A DNA stretch of 64,000 nt from assembly GCA_963718665.1 (NCBI GenBank), contig OY970359.1, positions 1,728,001 through 1,792,000 of the forward strand. Reading direction: 5' to 3'. Below the pieces are notes generated by a model. It worked only from the letters and a program-made list of their open reading frames with translations, was not told the DNA's origin and ran no database searches. Numbering within the stretch: the first letter of the stretch is position 1; every line of letters begins with the position of its first letter. This document shows positions 42,118 through 53,188 of the stretch, piece by piece. The stretch is from an uncultured Phycisphaerales bacterium. GTDB taxonomy: Bacteria; Planctomycetota; Phycisphaerae; Sedimentisphaerales; Anaerobacaceae. A program made the position numbers and the translations under genes.

Positions 42118-44484
42118 ATGAGATTCGGATATTTTGACGACAAGGCCAAGGAATACGTAATCGAAAGACCTGATACTCCGCGGTCGTGGGCAAATTATCT
42201 CGGCTCGACGGAATACGGCGCAATCATAACCAATAACGCGGGCGGTTACAGTTTTTATGCGTCGGCGGCACAGGGACGGCTGACGCGGCTGCGTTTCGAT
42301 GATGTCCCGATTGACCAGCCGGGGAGATACATCTATGTCCGCGACAAGCAATCGGGCGACTACTGGTCAAACGCGTGGCAGCCCGTGGGTAAACCCTTAG
42401 ACCAGTATAAAACGACCTGCAGACACGGAACAGCTTACACGATTATCAATTCGCAGTATTCTAAGATTGAGACCGAGACCACATATTTCGTTCCGCTCGG
42501 CAAGGATTTCGAATGCTGGCTTTTGAAGGTTACGAATAAAGACGCCGTAAAAAGAAACCTGAGCTTATTCACCTTCGTCGAATATCCGTATACCTGGCAG
42601 TGTTTCCACGACTTTTTAAACCAGCAATACTCGCATGGCATAGTGAAAATGGATTTCATTGACGGCATTATCGATTACGGCAGCTCCGTCCTCATAAGCG
42701 GCCAGGATAACCGGTCTTTTATGGCGTTTCTTGGCGGCGACATAGTCGGCTTCGATACCGACCGTGACGTGTTCATCAGCCCGTATCGCGGCTACGCGAA
42801 TCCTATGGTTGTCGAAAAAGGCAAATGCACCGGCTCAAAGTGCGTCAGCGACGACGGCTGCGGCTCAATCCAGATAGATATCGACCTCGAGCCGGGCCAG
42901 ACAAAGGAGCTTGTTGTCCTGATGGGCATGGGCAAGGCGACGGTAGAAGGCAAAAGAGTTGTCAAACAGTTCGGCGATATCGCCAAGGTCAAAGCCGAGT
43001 TCGAAAAGCTCCGCCAATACTGGCACAGCCGTATCGAGGGATTGAGCGTCTGCTCGCCGGATTCGCAGTTCAACAGTATGATGAATATGTGGAGCCCGTT
43101 TAACTGCCTGATTACTTATGCCTGGTCTCGTATGGCCAGCTTAATCTACAGCGGCGAACGCGACGGGCTTGGCTACCGCGATACCGTCCAGGATTTTATG
43201 GGCGTAATGCAGCTCATCCCGGCCGAGGCGAAAAAACGTCTTGAGCTTATGATTACCGGTCAGGGCTCCACGGGCGGCGCGATGTCAATCGTTATGGCCT
43301 TTACGCACAAGCCAGGCAAAGGAAAACTGCCCAAGGAAGACGAATACCGCTCCGATGACTGCCTGTGGCTTTTCAATGCGATTCCAACATATGTCAAAGA
43401 GACGGGCGATATCGATTTTTATAACAAGGTCCTGCCATATGCCGACAAGGGCAAGGCGACCGTGCTTGGTCATCTCCGCAGGGCGATTGAATTCAATCTC
43501 AAACGCACGGGCAAAAACGGATTACCCAGCGGCCTTTTCGCCGACTGGAACGATTGTCTGCGACTTGGCACAAAGGGGACATCGGTATTTGTCGCCCTGC
43601 AGGTGCGTTACGGCCTGACGACCTATATCGAGATTTGCGAAATGTTTGGGAAGCAAGCCGAAATCAAATGGGCGAAAAAGCAACTCGAAATAATCGACGG
43701 GAAGCTCGATAAATTCGGCTGGGACGGCAAATGGTACGTCCGTGCCTACAAGGAATCAGGCGAGAAAATCGGCTCGCACGAAAACAAATATGGTTCAATA
43801 TATCTCAATACGCAGTCCTGGGGTGTCATCAGCGGCCACGCCGACCAACAACGCAGAGAACAGGTTATGGACCAGGTCAACAAACAGTTGGCCACCGATT
43901 ACGGCCTTATGCTTTGCGCTCCGCCTTATGACAATATGCCCGTCGCGGAAATCCGCTCGATTGTGTTCAACAAGGGCGTCAAGGAAAACTGCAGCATTTT
44001 CAACCACACGCAGGGCTGGGCGGTTATGGCCGAAACTATGCTCGGCCACGGCGACAGGGCGTTTAAGTATTTCCGAAGTTATATGCCCGCGTCGTTCAAC
44101 GACAAGGCCGAGATACGCGGCAGTGAGCCATACGTTTATTCGCAATATACCCACAGCATTTACAGCCCGCGCTACGGCGCATCGCGTGTCCCCTGGCTGA
44201 CAGGCGCAGCGTCCTGGGCATATTATGCGGCGACGCAGTATATCCTCGGCATCCGTCCCGATTACAAAGGGCTCATCATTGACCCCTGCATTCCTGCCGA
44301 CTGGAAAGAATTTGCCGCTGTTCGCCGATTCCGCAACAAGACGCTGAATATCAAGGTAATAAATCCGAATGGCGTGGAAAAAGGCGTTAAGAAAATTACC
44401 CTCAACGGCCAGATAATCGAAGGCAGCCTGATTCCTGCTTCCAAAATGAAAAAAGAAAACGAAGTTGTTGTAGAGATGGGGTAG
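42118..44484 (+). CDS. GH94 phosphorylase (cellobiose/cellodextrin/chitobiose type)
   Basis: FGYFDD..EYVI, PDTPRSWANYLG, GYRDTVQD, ADWNDCL, KENCSIFNH, WLTGAASW. Confidence 0.92.
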   Translation: MRFGYFDDKAKEYVIERPDTPRSWANYLGSTEYGAIITNNAGGYSFYASAAQGRLTRLRFDDVPIDQPGRYIYVRDKQSGDYWSNAWQPVGKPLDQYKTTCRHGTAYTIINSQYSKIETETTYFVPLGKDFECWLLKVTNKDAVKRNLSLFTFVEYPYTWQCFHDFLNQQYSHGIVKMDFIDGIIDYGSSVLISGQDNRSFMAFLGGDIVGFDTDRDVFISPYRGYANPMVVEKGKCTGSKCVSDDGCGSIQIDIDLEPGQTKELVVLMGMGKATVEGKRVVKQFGDIAKVKAEFEKLRQYWHSRIEGLSVCSPDSQFNSMMNMWSPFNCLITYAWSRMASLIYSGERDGLGYRDTVQDFMGVMQLIPAEAKKRLELMITGQGSTGGAMSIVMAFTHKPGKGKLPKEDEYRSDDCLWLFNAIPTYVKETGDIDFYNKVLPYADKGKATVLGHLRRAIEFNLKRTGKNGLPSGLFADWNDCLRLGTKGTSVFVALQVRYGLTTYIEICEMFGKQAEIKWAKKQLEIIDGKLDKFGWDGKWYVRAYKESGEKIGSHENKYGSIYLNTQSWGVISGHADQQRREQVMDQVNKQLATDYGLMLCAPPYDNMPVAEIRSIVFNKGVKENCSIFNHTQGWAVMAETMLGHGDRAFKYFRSYMPASFNDKAEIRGSEPYVYSQYTHSIYSPRYGASRVPWLTGAASWAYYAATQYILGIRPDYKGLIIDPCIPADWKEFAAVRRFRNKTLNIKVINPNGVEKGVKKITLNGQIIEGSLIPASKMKKENEVVVEMG

Positions 44485-44489
44485 AAAAA

Positions 44490-45494
44490 ATGAAAGTCCT
44501 ATTCATCGGTGGAACCGGGATAATAAGCACGGCGGTAACTCAATTGGCGGTCGAAAGGGGAATCGACCTTTATCTACTCAACCGCGGGCAAAGTAAAAAA
44601 CTGATTCCCAGCGATGTCAAGGTCATCAAGGGCGACATCAGGGACAGGATTTCCGCGAGTAAACTTCTAAAAATGCACGATTTCGACGTTGTTGTCAACT
44701 GGGTGGCGTATGTGCCGACGCATGTCGAGGCCGACATCGAATTTTTCAGGGGCAAAGTGGGCCAATACATATTCATCAGCTCTGCATCGGCCTATCAAAA
44801 GCCGCCGACGAGCTGGCTCATCACTGAATCGACGCCGCTTTCCAATCCCTACTGGCAGTACTCGCGCGACAAAATCGCCTGTGAAGACCGGCTGATGGCT
44901 GAATACCGCAACAATGGTTTTCCTGTTACAATCGTCCGGCCGTCGCTGACATACGGCGTTACGATGATACCCGCGGCGATTAACAGTTGGCAAAAGCCCT
45001 GGACGATTGTTGACCGGATGCGCAAAGGCAAAAAAATTATCATTCACGGCGACGGCCTGACTGTCTGGACGATGACGCACAACACGGATTTTGCCAAAGG
45101 TTTCCTTGGGCTTATGGGCAACGTTCAATCAATCGGACACGCCGTTCACATCACATCTGACGAGGCGCTTACCTGGAATCAGATATACCAGGCGATAGCC
45201 GATGCCGCGGGCGTAAAGCATAAGCCGGTTTATATCTCTTCCGATTTTATTACCAAAATTGACCCCGAGCACACAGGCACGCTTTTGGGTGACAAATCCT
45301 GCTGTGCCGTCTTCGACAACACCAAAATAAAACGTCTCGTTCCTGATTTTGTCGCTACTGTTCCTTTTGCCCAGGGCGTCCGGCGTTCGGTTGAGTGGTT
45401 CGAGGCCGACGAGGAACGATGCGTGGTGGATGGTGATTACAACAAGTTTATGGACCGCACGATTGCCGCTTACGAAAAAGCGCTGCCCAAGTAG
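44490..45494 (+). CDS. NAD-dependent epimerase/dehydratase (extended SDR)
   Basis: GGTGIIS, ISSASAY, YSRDK. Confidence 0.88.
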   Translation: MKVLFIGGTGIISTAVTQLAVERGIDLYLLNRGQSKKLIPSDVKVIKGDIRDRISASKLLKMHDFDVVVNWVAYVPTHVEADIEFFRGKVGQYIFISSASAYQKPPTSWLITESTPLSNPYWQYSRDKIACEDRLMAEYRNNGFPVTIVRPSLTYGVTMIPAAINSWQKPWTIVDRMRKGKKIIIHGDGLTVWTMTHNTDFAKGFLGLMGNVQSIGHAVHITSDEALTWNQIYQAIADAAGVKHKPVYISSDFITKIDPEHTGTLLGDKSCCAVFDNTKIKRLVPDFVATVPFAQGVRRSVEWFEADEERCVVDGDYNKFMDRTIAAYEKALPK

Positions 45495-45509
45495 CCATTT
45501 TTGTGTGAA

Positions 45510-46844
45510 TCAAATCCCATCGCGATTGAGGAGCGGACTTTTGTCGCGGACGAGGTTGGCTCGCTCGGGAAACAATTTGGTTATCTCGTTGGCGTCAGAG
45601 ACATTTAGCGTATAGGTGGTTTCCTGCCCGAGCGTTATCTTCTCCGGTTTTTTTGAGCTGTCGTAATAAATTTGTTGCCAATAGTTGCGTCCGTCGAGCC
45701 ATTCCAACCTGATGGCGTTGCTGTCCGTCCGGTCTTTGGTTGGCGGCGATTTTTCGATATAAACCGGCATCACGGCCCCATCCGGCCTGATTATATCTAT
45801 AATGACGGCCTGCTCGTTGATATCCAGCGCCTTTGTCAGAATCGGGTCAAGAACGATATCGGGTACGGCCGTTTCGCCGAGTTCGTATTCGCCCGTTTCT
45901 TTTTCTGTCCGCTTGTCAAACGGCGAGCCGGCCCGTAACCTGTGAACCGTCAGGATGCCGGAGTCAGCCGTCATTTCGATTCCTTTTCTGCCTGTTCTCG
46001 AGCTGGTTTCGGCTCGCCAGGTAAACTGTCGAAGGTTGGCATCGCCGCGAAAATAGCTGACTTGCTCATCGGATACGGTCCCCCGCAGGTAGTAATAATC
46101 CGCGGCGTTGATAGTGGTGTTGGCGTCCGTCCTGGCTAACGCCATAGCATCCATCGTAAAGCCGATTATCTTGTTGTGGGGGTCGGCTATAGTGAAAAAA
46201 GAAACTGATGAATCATTATCACGGGCGGTATCCAGCCCTTCATTCCTGATATCGCTGATTAGCCGGGTGCCTGCCCGCAGTAATCCGTTGTCGCTGAACC
46301 GGATGCTTTTGAAGATTTTTTCAAAAATATCTTTCGCCGTGTTCTGCTCAGATTCGCTCTGCAATACTTCTATTTCCAGCTGCCGCCCGTCGGCAAGCTC
46401 GCAGACGCCCAGGATTGTCTCAATCCCGGAATCGGTATTTATAGTCGCCCAGTTTGCTGTAAGGTTGCCTTCCGTTGATTGGCCCGTCGTGACAAGTTTT
46501 GTTCCAGAGTATTCATGGTCAAGTCGCTCCTTTGGTGTTTCCTCGCCTGCCGCCAGAAGGTAACGGCACTGGGCGTACGCTCTGTCATTAAGTCCGCTGA
46601 CTGCAAAAATGCTGCTGATATTAAAGGAGCTGTCTTCGAAAGACCATTTCTCTTTGCATTGCCAGCCGTTGCCCGAAGGCATCGAAACCGACAATCCCGA
46701 CCGGTTCAAATCAATAGGGGCCGACATTCTAATGCCGGTTTTGGATTGCATAACCAGCCGGGCCGTTAACAATGAAATGACCAGCAGGGCCGGCAGCGCA
46801 ATTGTCTTTGCTATGTATTTTCCCGTTTTATTTTCATCGACCAT
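45510..46844 (-). CDS. Hypothetical membrane-anchored protein
   Basis: 444-aa ORF with one N-terminal hydrophobic segment. Confidence 0.7.
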   Translation of the reverse strand: MVDENKTGKYIAKTIALPALLVISLLTARLVMQSKTGIRMSAPIDLNRSGLSVSMPSGNGWQCKEKWSFEDSSFNISSIFAVSGLNDRAYAQCRYLLAAGEETPKERLDHEYSGTKLVTTGQSTEGNLTANWATINTDSGIETILGVCELADGRQLEIEVLQSESEQNTAKDIFEKIFKSIRFSDNGLLRAGTRLISDIRNEGLDTARDNDSSVSFFTIADPHNKIIGFTMDAMALARTDANTTINAADYYYLRGTVSDEQVSYFRGDANLRQFTWRAETSSRTGRKGIEMTADSGILTVHRLRAGSPFDKRTEKETGEYELGETAVPDIVLDPILTKALDINEQAVIIDIIRPDGAVMPVYIEKSPPTKDRTDSNAIRLEWLDGRNYWQQIYYDSSKKPEKITLGQETTYTLNVSDANEITKLFPERANLVRDKSPLLNRDGI

Positions 46845-46908
46845 AAGATTGCCGTTGATTTTTCAATTATGATTTGAAAAAGGAAAAAACGCACCAGCCG
46901 GCATTTTC

Positions 46909-47901
46909 CTAATCAAGCGCAGAAACAGCCGATTCGTCGAGGACATGCCGGCCCCTGTGGAAAAACCTGCAATAAAACCATTTCAGAAAACCGCTTGCCG
47001 CGAAGCCGCAGAAAATAACAACCAGCGCAACTTGGCGACTCCAAATTATCAGCGCGAAAAAGAGCAATGCCCTGATTAGATGCGCAAATGGTTTTTTGCC
47101 CTTTATATACTGGTTGAGCACGTGTGCGTACCGGATTCGGCTGACCATAAGAACTGCCGCGCAAAGGGCGATTATGGGTAACGAATAAATCACCAAATCA
47201 TCGAGCATAAAGCTCACAAATCCCGCGGCCCAGTCGCGTCCCGGGTGCGACAGAAAATCCGGCACCGTTTCCTGGTTGAATATCACTAAACTGACGATGA
47301 TGCCCGCCGCCGCGGGGCTGGGTAACCCGACAAAGCTCATGTGCGACGACTCGTCTTCTTCGTTTTCGACATTGAACCGGGCCAGCCGAATCGCCGCGCA
47401 GCTTAGGTATGTTGCCGCCGCCAGCCAGATAAATCGTTCGAGGAAACTGATAACGATGGGGTTAATCTCCGTCAGCCCTGACAATTTGTGCTCGATAATT
47501 TTTATCATCAAAAACGCAGGCGCTACGCCGAAGCTGACTATATCGCACAAGCTGTCTAATTGTCCGCCGAAACTCGACGTGCTCTTGCTCATCCTCGCGA
47601 GGCGTCCGTCGAGCATATCCGCCACCATCGCCAGCAGAATCATATAGCCCGCCATCGCGAAATACGGCACGACGAGCCGATGATACGACCACTGTCCCGT
47701 CTCCGAAGTAACCGCCTGACTGGCAAAAGTAATCGCCGCGAAACCGCACGCGCCGTTGATAATCGTAACTAATGAGGGCAAAATCGTGATGTATTTGAGC
47801 CGCTGCCTCCGCATCCTTCGCAGGAAACTTTCCCTCGACGCATCAGTCCTGAATCGCGTCGGCTTTTGAATGATTGGCTTGTTTGGCCCTGATTCGCTCA
47901 T
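46909..47901 (-). CDS. pssA: CDP-diacylglycerol--serine O-phosphatidyltransferase
   Basis: DMLDGRLAR..FGGQLDSLCDIVSFG, RLARFN, FVGLPSPAAA; overlaps psd. Confidence 0.9.
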   Translation of the reverse strand: MSESGPNKPIIQKPTRFRTDASRESFLRRMRRQRLKYITILPSLVTIINGACGFAAITFASQAVTSETGQWSYHRLVVPYFAMAGYMILLAMVADMLDGRLARMSKSTSSFGGQLDSLCDIVSFGVAPAFLMIKIIEHKLSGLTEINPIVISFLERFIWLAAATYLSCAAIRLARFNVENEEDESSHMSFVGLPSPAAAGIIVSLVIFNQETVPDFLSHPGRDWAAGFVSFMLDDLVIYSLPIIALCAAVLMVSRIRYAHVLNQYIKGKKPFAHLIRALLFFALIIWSRQVALVVIFCGFAASGFLKWFYCRFFHRGRHVLDESAVSALD

Positions 47902-48578
47902 AATCTTATAATCGGCGTTAGCCCCGCCTTTACTTTGTCTCCAATTTTGACAAGGCACTTAGCCCCGTCGCGAGCCGGCAAATACAGCTCAGTCCGCGAA
48001 CCAAATTTTATCATACCGAACCTCTCGCCGCTAACTAATTCCACGCCTTGTTTTGCCCTGCAGACGATTCGCCGGGCTATCGCTCCGCTAATCTGGCGGA
48101 CAATCAGTTTATCGTTGGGCGATTCAATCCTCGTAAGCCAAAGGTCATTCGATTCGTTCACTTTGCCCGCTTCGGGGTTTCTCGCGTCGAGGAACTGGCC
48201 CTCGCGATAGGTGATTTTCTCGATTTTCGCCCGGCAGGGGCTGCGATTGATATGCACGTTGAAAATGCTCAGGAATATGCCGACCCGCAGGGTCTTGCCG
48301 CCGATGAAGTCGGGTTCGTCAACGGTCTCGATATCGGCTATCGTTCCGTCCGCGGGCGCTAATAATATATCTTTATCCTGCGGCACTTCTCTTTCCGGGT
48401 CGCGGAAAAACGACAGCATCCATATAAAGACGATGCCCAGCGCAATCTCGACGAATTGAATCATCCACTCAGGCGTCGTAGGACTTGCCCCGATATACAG
48501 CACAATCATAAACACAAGCAGCATCGCCGGATAAAACACCACCTGCGGCCAGCCATATTTCGTCAACGGTATCTTCAT
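47898..48578 (-). CDS. psd: Phosphatidylserine decarboxylase proenzyme
   Basis: FFRDPER, APADG, IFLSIFNVHINRSP, FGSRTE self-cleavage motif. Confidence 0.92.
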   Translation of the reverse strand: MKIPLTKYGWPQVVFYPAMLLVFMIVLYIGASPTTPEWMIQFVEIALGIVFIWMLSFFRDPEREVPQDKDILLAPADGTIADIETVDEPDFIGGKTLRVGIFLSIFNVHINRSPCRAKIEKITYREGQFLDARNPEAGKVNESNDLWLTRIESPNDKLIVRQISGAIARRIVCRAKQGVELVSGERFGMIKFGSRTELYLPARDGAKCLVKIGDKVKAGLTPIIRL

Positions 48579-48845
48579 CGCCGATATTCTATCAGAATAC
48601 CCCATTTTTGCCAGTGTATTGGCAAAATCACCAACCCCCGGTGGAGAAATCACGCCTACGGCGGACAGGTCTTGCCTTTAAGTTTTTGAAAACCGGAAGG
48701 TTTTGAATGATAATTGGAAAAAGAGAGAACAGGAATTACGAAAGGATGATGAAAAATAATGAGGAAGACTTGGTTTTGCAATGCTCATTCCGAAACCAGG
48801 AAATTTATTTAGAGAAAATCACAGATAATAAATAAGTGGAGCAAA

Positions 48846-49724
48846 ATGAGTGAAGAAACGAAAAGTCAATCCCCAGCACCAGTTCTGCGGGAAACTTCTA
48901 AATGCAAATACTGTAAACAAGAAATTCTGCCGAAATCTTCAAAGTGTCATCACTGCGGGGAGTATCAGAATTGGTGGAGACTGTTTGTGTTTCTACCTCT
49001 CATTATGCTGATAATCGCCACGGTTCAGGTTTTAGAGGCCCATAAAAAATATGTTGATGCTTCAGACGCCTTGCGCATCGTAAATTCTTTGAGCGAAGAC
49101 GTAAATAAGGCGTCCGTCGAAGCTAAAAGGATGGTTACAGAAATTAAAAATATCTTAGACGGAACCGAGAAGAAAGTAGCTGAGTTAGACCGGTCTATTC
49201 AAGACGGCAATAGGGCTGTGATGGAATTGCGGTTGCTAACTCGATTTGATACGGTAGTCATCAATGCCCAAACCGATGACAGGGATGCTTATGACCAACT
49301 TTTTGTTTGGGGTGAAGATGCTTCTTTTCCTTATCATGAAATCGCTATACAAACAGTCAATAAAATGATGTTCGAAAGTGGTCTGTTCTTTCCTCCTAAT
49401 TTTACTAGAATTGATGTTGATATTCCGTGGTCAGAAGGAATTGACCCAAACAAACGCACTCTGTCCCAATTATTGGATTTTTATAACATATCTACAGCGA
49501 GAATTCGTTTAGGTGTAGTTCAATTTGTATGGTTGCAACGCTTAGACATTTCTAGAAAAGAACGCCTTCAGTTCCTTATAGATGTTCTTAAATATGAGAA
49601 AAGTCTTCTTGTCTGCAAATTTGCTGGTTATTATTTTCTAAAAGACACAGGCGATGGTATCTCTCCGTTAGGTATGAAAAAGCATCTCGAATGGTGGGAA
49701 AAGAACAAAGAAACGGTTAAATGA
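48846..49724 (+). CDS. Hypothetical protein (double zinc ribbon, TM, coiled coil)
   Basis: CKYC...CHHC, TM, coiled coil; visibly more AT-rich than its neighbours. Confidence 0.65.
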   Translation: MSEETKSQSPAPVLRETSKCKYCKQEILPKSSKCHHCGEYQNWWRLFVFLPLIMLIIATVQVLEAHKKYVDASDALRIVNSLSEDVNKASVEAKRMVTEIKNILDGTEKKVAELDRSIQDGNRAVMELRLLTRFDTVVINAQTDDRDAYDQLFVWGEDASFPYHEIAIQTVNKMMFESGLFFPPNFTRIDVDIPWSEGIDPNKRTLSQLLDFYNISTARIRLGVVQFVWLQRLDISRKERLQFLIDVLKYEKSLLVCKFAGYYFLKDTGDGISPLGMKKHLEWWEKNKETVK

Positions 49725-49846
49725 CCCTTGCGATTGCCTTTAAGGGAAGAAATGGGACAGCTACCTATTTTTATTATCCACTGCCGTTAAATCGCAAATC
49801 ATCCTCGCCACAGGCGAGCAAATTCAGCGTATAGCGGACAGGTTAA

Positions 49847-49881
49847 ACTAACGACTAACAACGATATACTAACGACTAATT
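49847..49881. repeat. Heptamer tandem repeat
   Basis: ACTAACG ACTAACA ACGATAT ACTAACG ACTAATT. Confidence 0.6.
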
Positions 49882-50145
49882 TCTACCTGCGCTTTTTTCT
49901 CACAATCGCCGCGGGATGTGAGAATTGCAGCGATAATTGCCTTTTTTGCTGAAAAACCTGCGTTTTTTTGTGGCTTAGTTGCGCTAGTATGCCGAAATAT
50001 AACTTATAACTAACAGAACAATCAGCAAGTAACGGTTTATATTGAAAATGAGCGGAGTTTGTGGTATAATAAATAATCTGGGGTGGCTGTTTGAGTTGCA
50101 TCCCGATGTTATTAACTTTTTACTCGGCGGTTGACCGAGGAGGAA

Positions 50146-51891
50146 ATGGTGATTTGGTTTCCTACAAAAGCTCGATTATCAGCACTGATAACGGGGTTTT
50201 TGAGCTTATTGCTGTTGGGCAATATCGCTGTCGCTGAACAGCAGTCGATCGGGAATTTTCAGCCGCAGGCACTCAATTACGCCGGGATATATCAGCTTAA
50301 ACAAACCGACCCTAATCTCACCGGCGCCGGCGTAAAAGTTGCCTTGGTCAGCCGAAGCATTAACTACGTCGATGGCGAGCCGCAAAATGATTACCGCCCC
50401 GCAACTGACCTCAACTGTTTCAAGGATACGCAATATATTTTCCACGACCAGCAGCTTCAGCCGGCGGGTATCTCGGCGCATTCGACCGCCGTATGCTCGA
50501 TTCTTTTCGGCCGGGACCCCAACGGCTTCAATGAGCAAATCGGCAATTTCAATTACGAGGGTGCAGTTCCCGAGGCGCAGGCCGATGTGTATGAGTTCTG
50601 GAGTTTTCTCGTGAACAATGTATTTTCCTGCTCCGCTCCAGATGCCGATATTATCACCGCCGACATAGGTTACCAGTTCGAGGACTGGTGGACCCGCGGC
50701 ATCGAGGCGATGGTGCAAAAATACGGATTGACCGTTGTCGTCGGCATAGGCAACGGCTCAAATTCGTCCGACCCTGTTCTTTTCCCCGGTGCGGGCAGCA
50801 ATGTAATTGGTGTTGGCGTTGTGAAGTCCGTTGAATCCAATGATGTCAACGTCGGGCTTTCGCGTTTCGCGCTTGTATATCCCGAGTATTCCAGCAGGGG
50901 GCCGACTTCCGATGCCCGCTGCAAACCTGATATCGTCGCTCCCGGCAACTGCCTTGCTGCCGTGGCGGGCGAGCCGAATCTTTACGAACCGACGGGCGAC
51001 TGGTCGAGTTTTGCAACGCCGGTTGTCGCAGGCGCCGCGGCGCTGCTTATTCAACAGGCCTACGCCGACCCGAATCTTCAACAGGCCGTTTCGCACGATG
51101 GCGGCAACTGCGTCATAAAATCAGTCCTGCTCAATTCCGCGACCAAGCTTCCTTATTGGCACAAAGGTCTGCTGACCAAAGATGACGACCACGATGTCCC
51201 TCTCGATTATCTGCAGGGAGCGGGAATGGTCAACGCCGTCGCAGCGAGTAATCAGTTGCTGGCAGGTCAGCATTTGCCCGGCGACTGCCCGACGGCCGGC
51301 TGGGACCTCAATAAACTCAACCTCGACCAGACGCCCGAAAACACCTACAAATTTCGGATTACAGAGCCGGTAGACAAAATGATTACCGCTACTGTAACCT
51401 GGAACAGGCAGTTTTCTCTTGTATATCCTTTTGAGCACGATACCCAAAAAGACGCCGACCTTCGGCTTGAGGTTTGGGCTGTTGATTCGAACGACCCCAA
51501 TAACGATTACCTTCTCGATTACTCCGACAGCCGAACCGACAACGTCGAGCACGTTTATACGCCGGCCGACGGCAATTTCACCGATTACGAAATCGTCGTT
51601 TTGTTCAGCAGCGAGCACGATGTGAATCAGCCGCAGGTTTCGCCGCCGTATGCGGTCGCCTGGAACGTCGGGCCGGTGCCCGTCAGAGACGATGCACTCT
51701 GGTTTGACCTCAACGGCGACGGTGTGGTTGATGACCTCGATGTCAGTGTGCTGCTCGATAACCTGATTGCGAGTATGCAAAATCCGGAAGGTCGCTATTT
51801 ATTCGGCGATATAAATTCCGACGGCGTTATCGACGTCAGCGACCTCGATATACTAATGCGTTACATCGATTCGGCGGCTGACCGTCGATAG
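50146..51891 (+). CDS. S8 subtilase-family protein with dockerin-like C-terminus
   Basis: AHSTAV, GIGNG, SSRGP..KPDIVAPG, SSFATPVVAGAAALL; tandem DLNGDGVVD and GDINSDGVID. Confidence 0.85.
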   Translation: MVIWFPTKARLSALITGFLSLLLLGNIAVAEQQSIGNFQPQALNYAGIYQLKQTDPNLTGAGVKVALVSRSINYVDGEPQNDYRPATDLNCFKDTQYIFHDQQLQPAGISAHSTAVCSILFGRDPNGFNEQIGNFNYEGAVPEAQADVYEFWSFLVNNVFSCSAPDADIITADIGYQFEDWWTRGIEAMVQKYGLTVVVGIGNGSNSSDPVLFPGAGSNVIGVGVVKSVESNDVNVGLSRFALVYPEYSSRGPTSDARCKPDIVAPGNCLAAVAGEPNLYEPTGDWSSFATPVVAGAAALLIQQAYADPNLQQAVSHDGGNCVIKSVLLNSATKLPYWHKGLLTKDDDHDVPLDYLQGAGMVNAVAASNQLLAGQHLPGDCPTAGWDLNKLNLDQTPENTYKFRITEPVDKMITATVTWNRQFSLVYPFEHDTQKDADLRLEVWAVDSNDPNNDYLLDYSDSRTDNVEHVYTPADGNFTDYEIVVLFSSEHDVNQPQVSPPYAVAWNVGPVPVRDDALWFDLNGDGVVDDLDVSVLLDNLIASMQNPEGRYLFGDINSDGVIDVSDLDILMRYIDSAADRR

Positions 51892-51921
51892 CGTAGCTGC
51901 ACACCGGAGGAGAAAAATGAG

Positions 51922-53111
51922 ATGGGAAAAACGTTCATTAAGTTCTGTTTCATAGCGGCATTTATCGTATCTCTGTATACAGGCAACTGCAATGCCATCG
52001 AATTCAAGGGAATGAGCTACACCGGCTGGAGTTGGGAGGACTACAATTCAATCAATTCCAACACGTCACTGGCCAATGCACAAAATGTCGGCTGCAATTG
52101 GGTTGCCATATGTGTCTGGTGGTTCCAGAACGACATCAATTCTACTGTTATCGCCCCCATTAAAAGTTCGTATTCTGCCGATCCATGCGCTGTCCAGATT
52201 GCTGTTAACCGATGCCACCAGCTCGGTATGAGAGTTATGCTCAAGCCGATGGTTGACCTTTCGAACGACTCGTCCCACTGGCGAGGACAAATCAACCCAT
52301 CAACCGCCTGGTTTACCGCATATCAGAGCTTCATCGACTACTGGGCGGACTTCGCCACAGCAAACAACTGCGAGATGTTCTGTATCGGCTGCGAACTGGT
52401 TAACACCGACGGCGGCTCCTCCAATGCCAACTCGTGGAGCTCCATCGCGGACAGTGTTCGAACACATTACTCAGGCCCCATTACCTATGCTGCCAACTGG
52501 GGCGATGAAACAAATATCTCCTGGTGGAACGCCGTTGATTACATAGGCATCGATGCCTACTATCCGCTGACAAGCATTGACGATCCCACTAAAGCCCAAC
52601 TTCAAACCGCCTGGACTAACCGAGCAAACTCCATCGGGTCCTGGCGAAGTACCAACTGGCCGGATATGAATGTAATGTTTACTGAAGTCGGCTATTGCAG
52701 CTACGCCGGCACAAACATCACACCCTATGCAAGCCCCGGCTCATCGTCTGTGCTGGACATCAATGAACAAAATGACTGTTTTTGTCCGTCTGCAGGAATT
52801 ATTCATGGTGGAAAGGCGCTTTCTGGTGGAATTGGGATACAAACCCAAGCGCAGGCGGACTAAACGACGATGACTATATGCCGCAAAATAAGCCCGCCTC
52901 GACCGTCACGTTGAAGGAGTATTATATCACGCTTGTCGGCGACCTCGACGATGATAGAACCGTTGATATTAACGACCTCGCGATTTTCTGCGACTATTGG
53001 CTGGAGCAGAACTTTGTCGGCTGGCCCGATTTCAACAATGACAAAAAGGTGGACTTCAAGGATTTTGCGATGCTCGCCGCAAACTGGCGACAGTCCATTC
53101 CGCTTCCTTAG
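51922..53111 (+). CDS. GH113 beta-mannanase-like protein with dockerin-like C-terminus (frameshift at ~52780)
   Basis: VMLKPMVD, WRGQI, IGCEL, TYAANW, IGIDAYYPL, FTEVGY; C-terminal GAFWWNW and dockerin-like repeats are in ORF 52782-53111. Confidence 0.85.
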
Positions 53112-53188
53112 AAATCCTTAAAAATACCTGCAGGGCTATATCGCAAGTTATCTTGCGATTGGGTCGGCTTTAGTGTATTTTTACCTTC

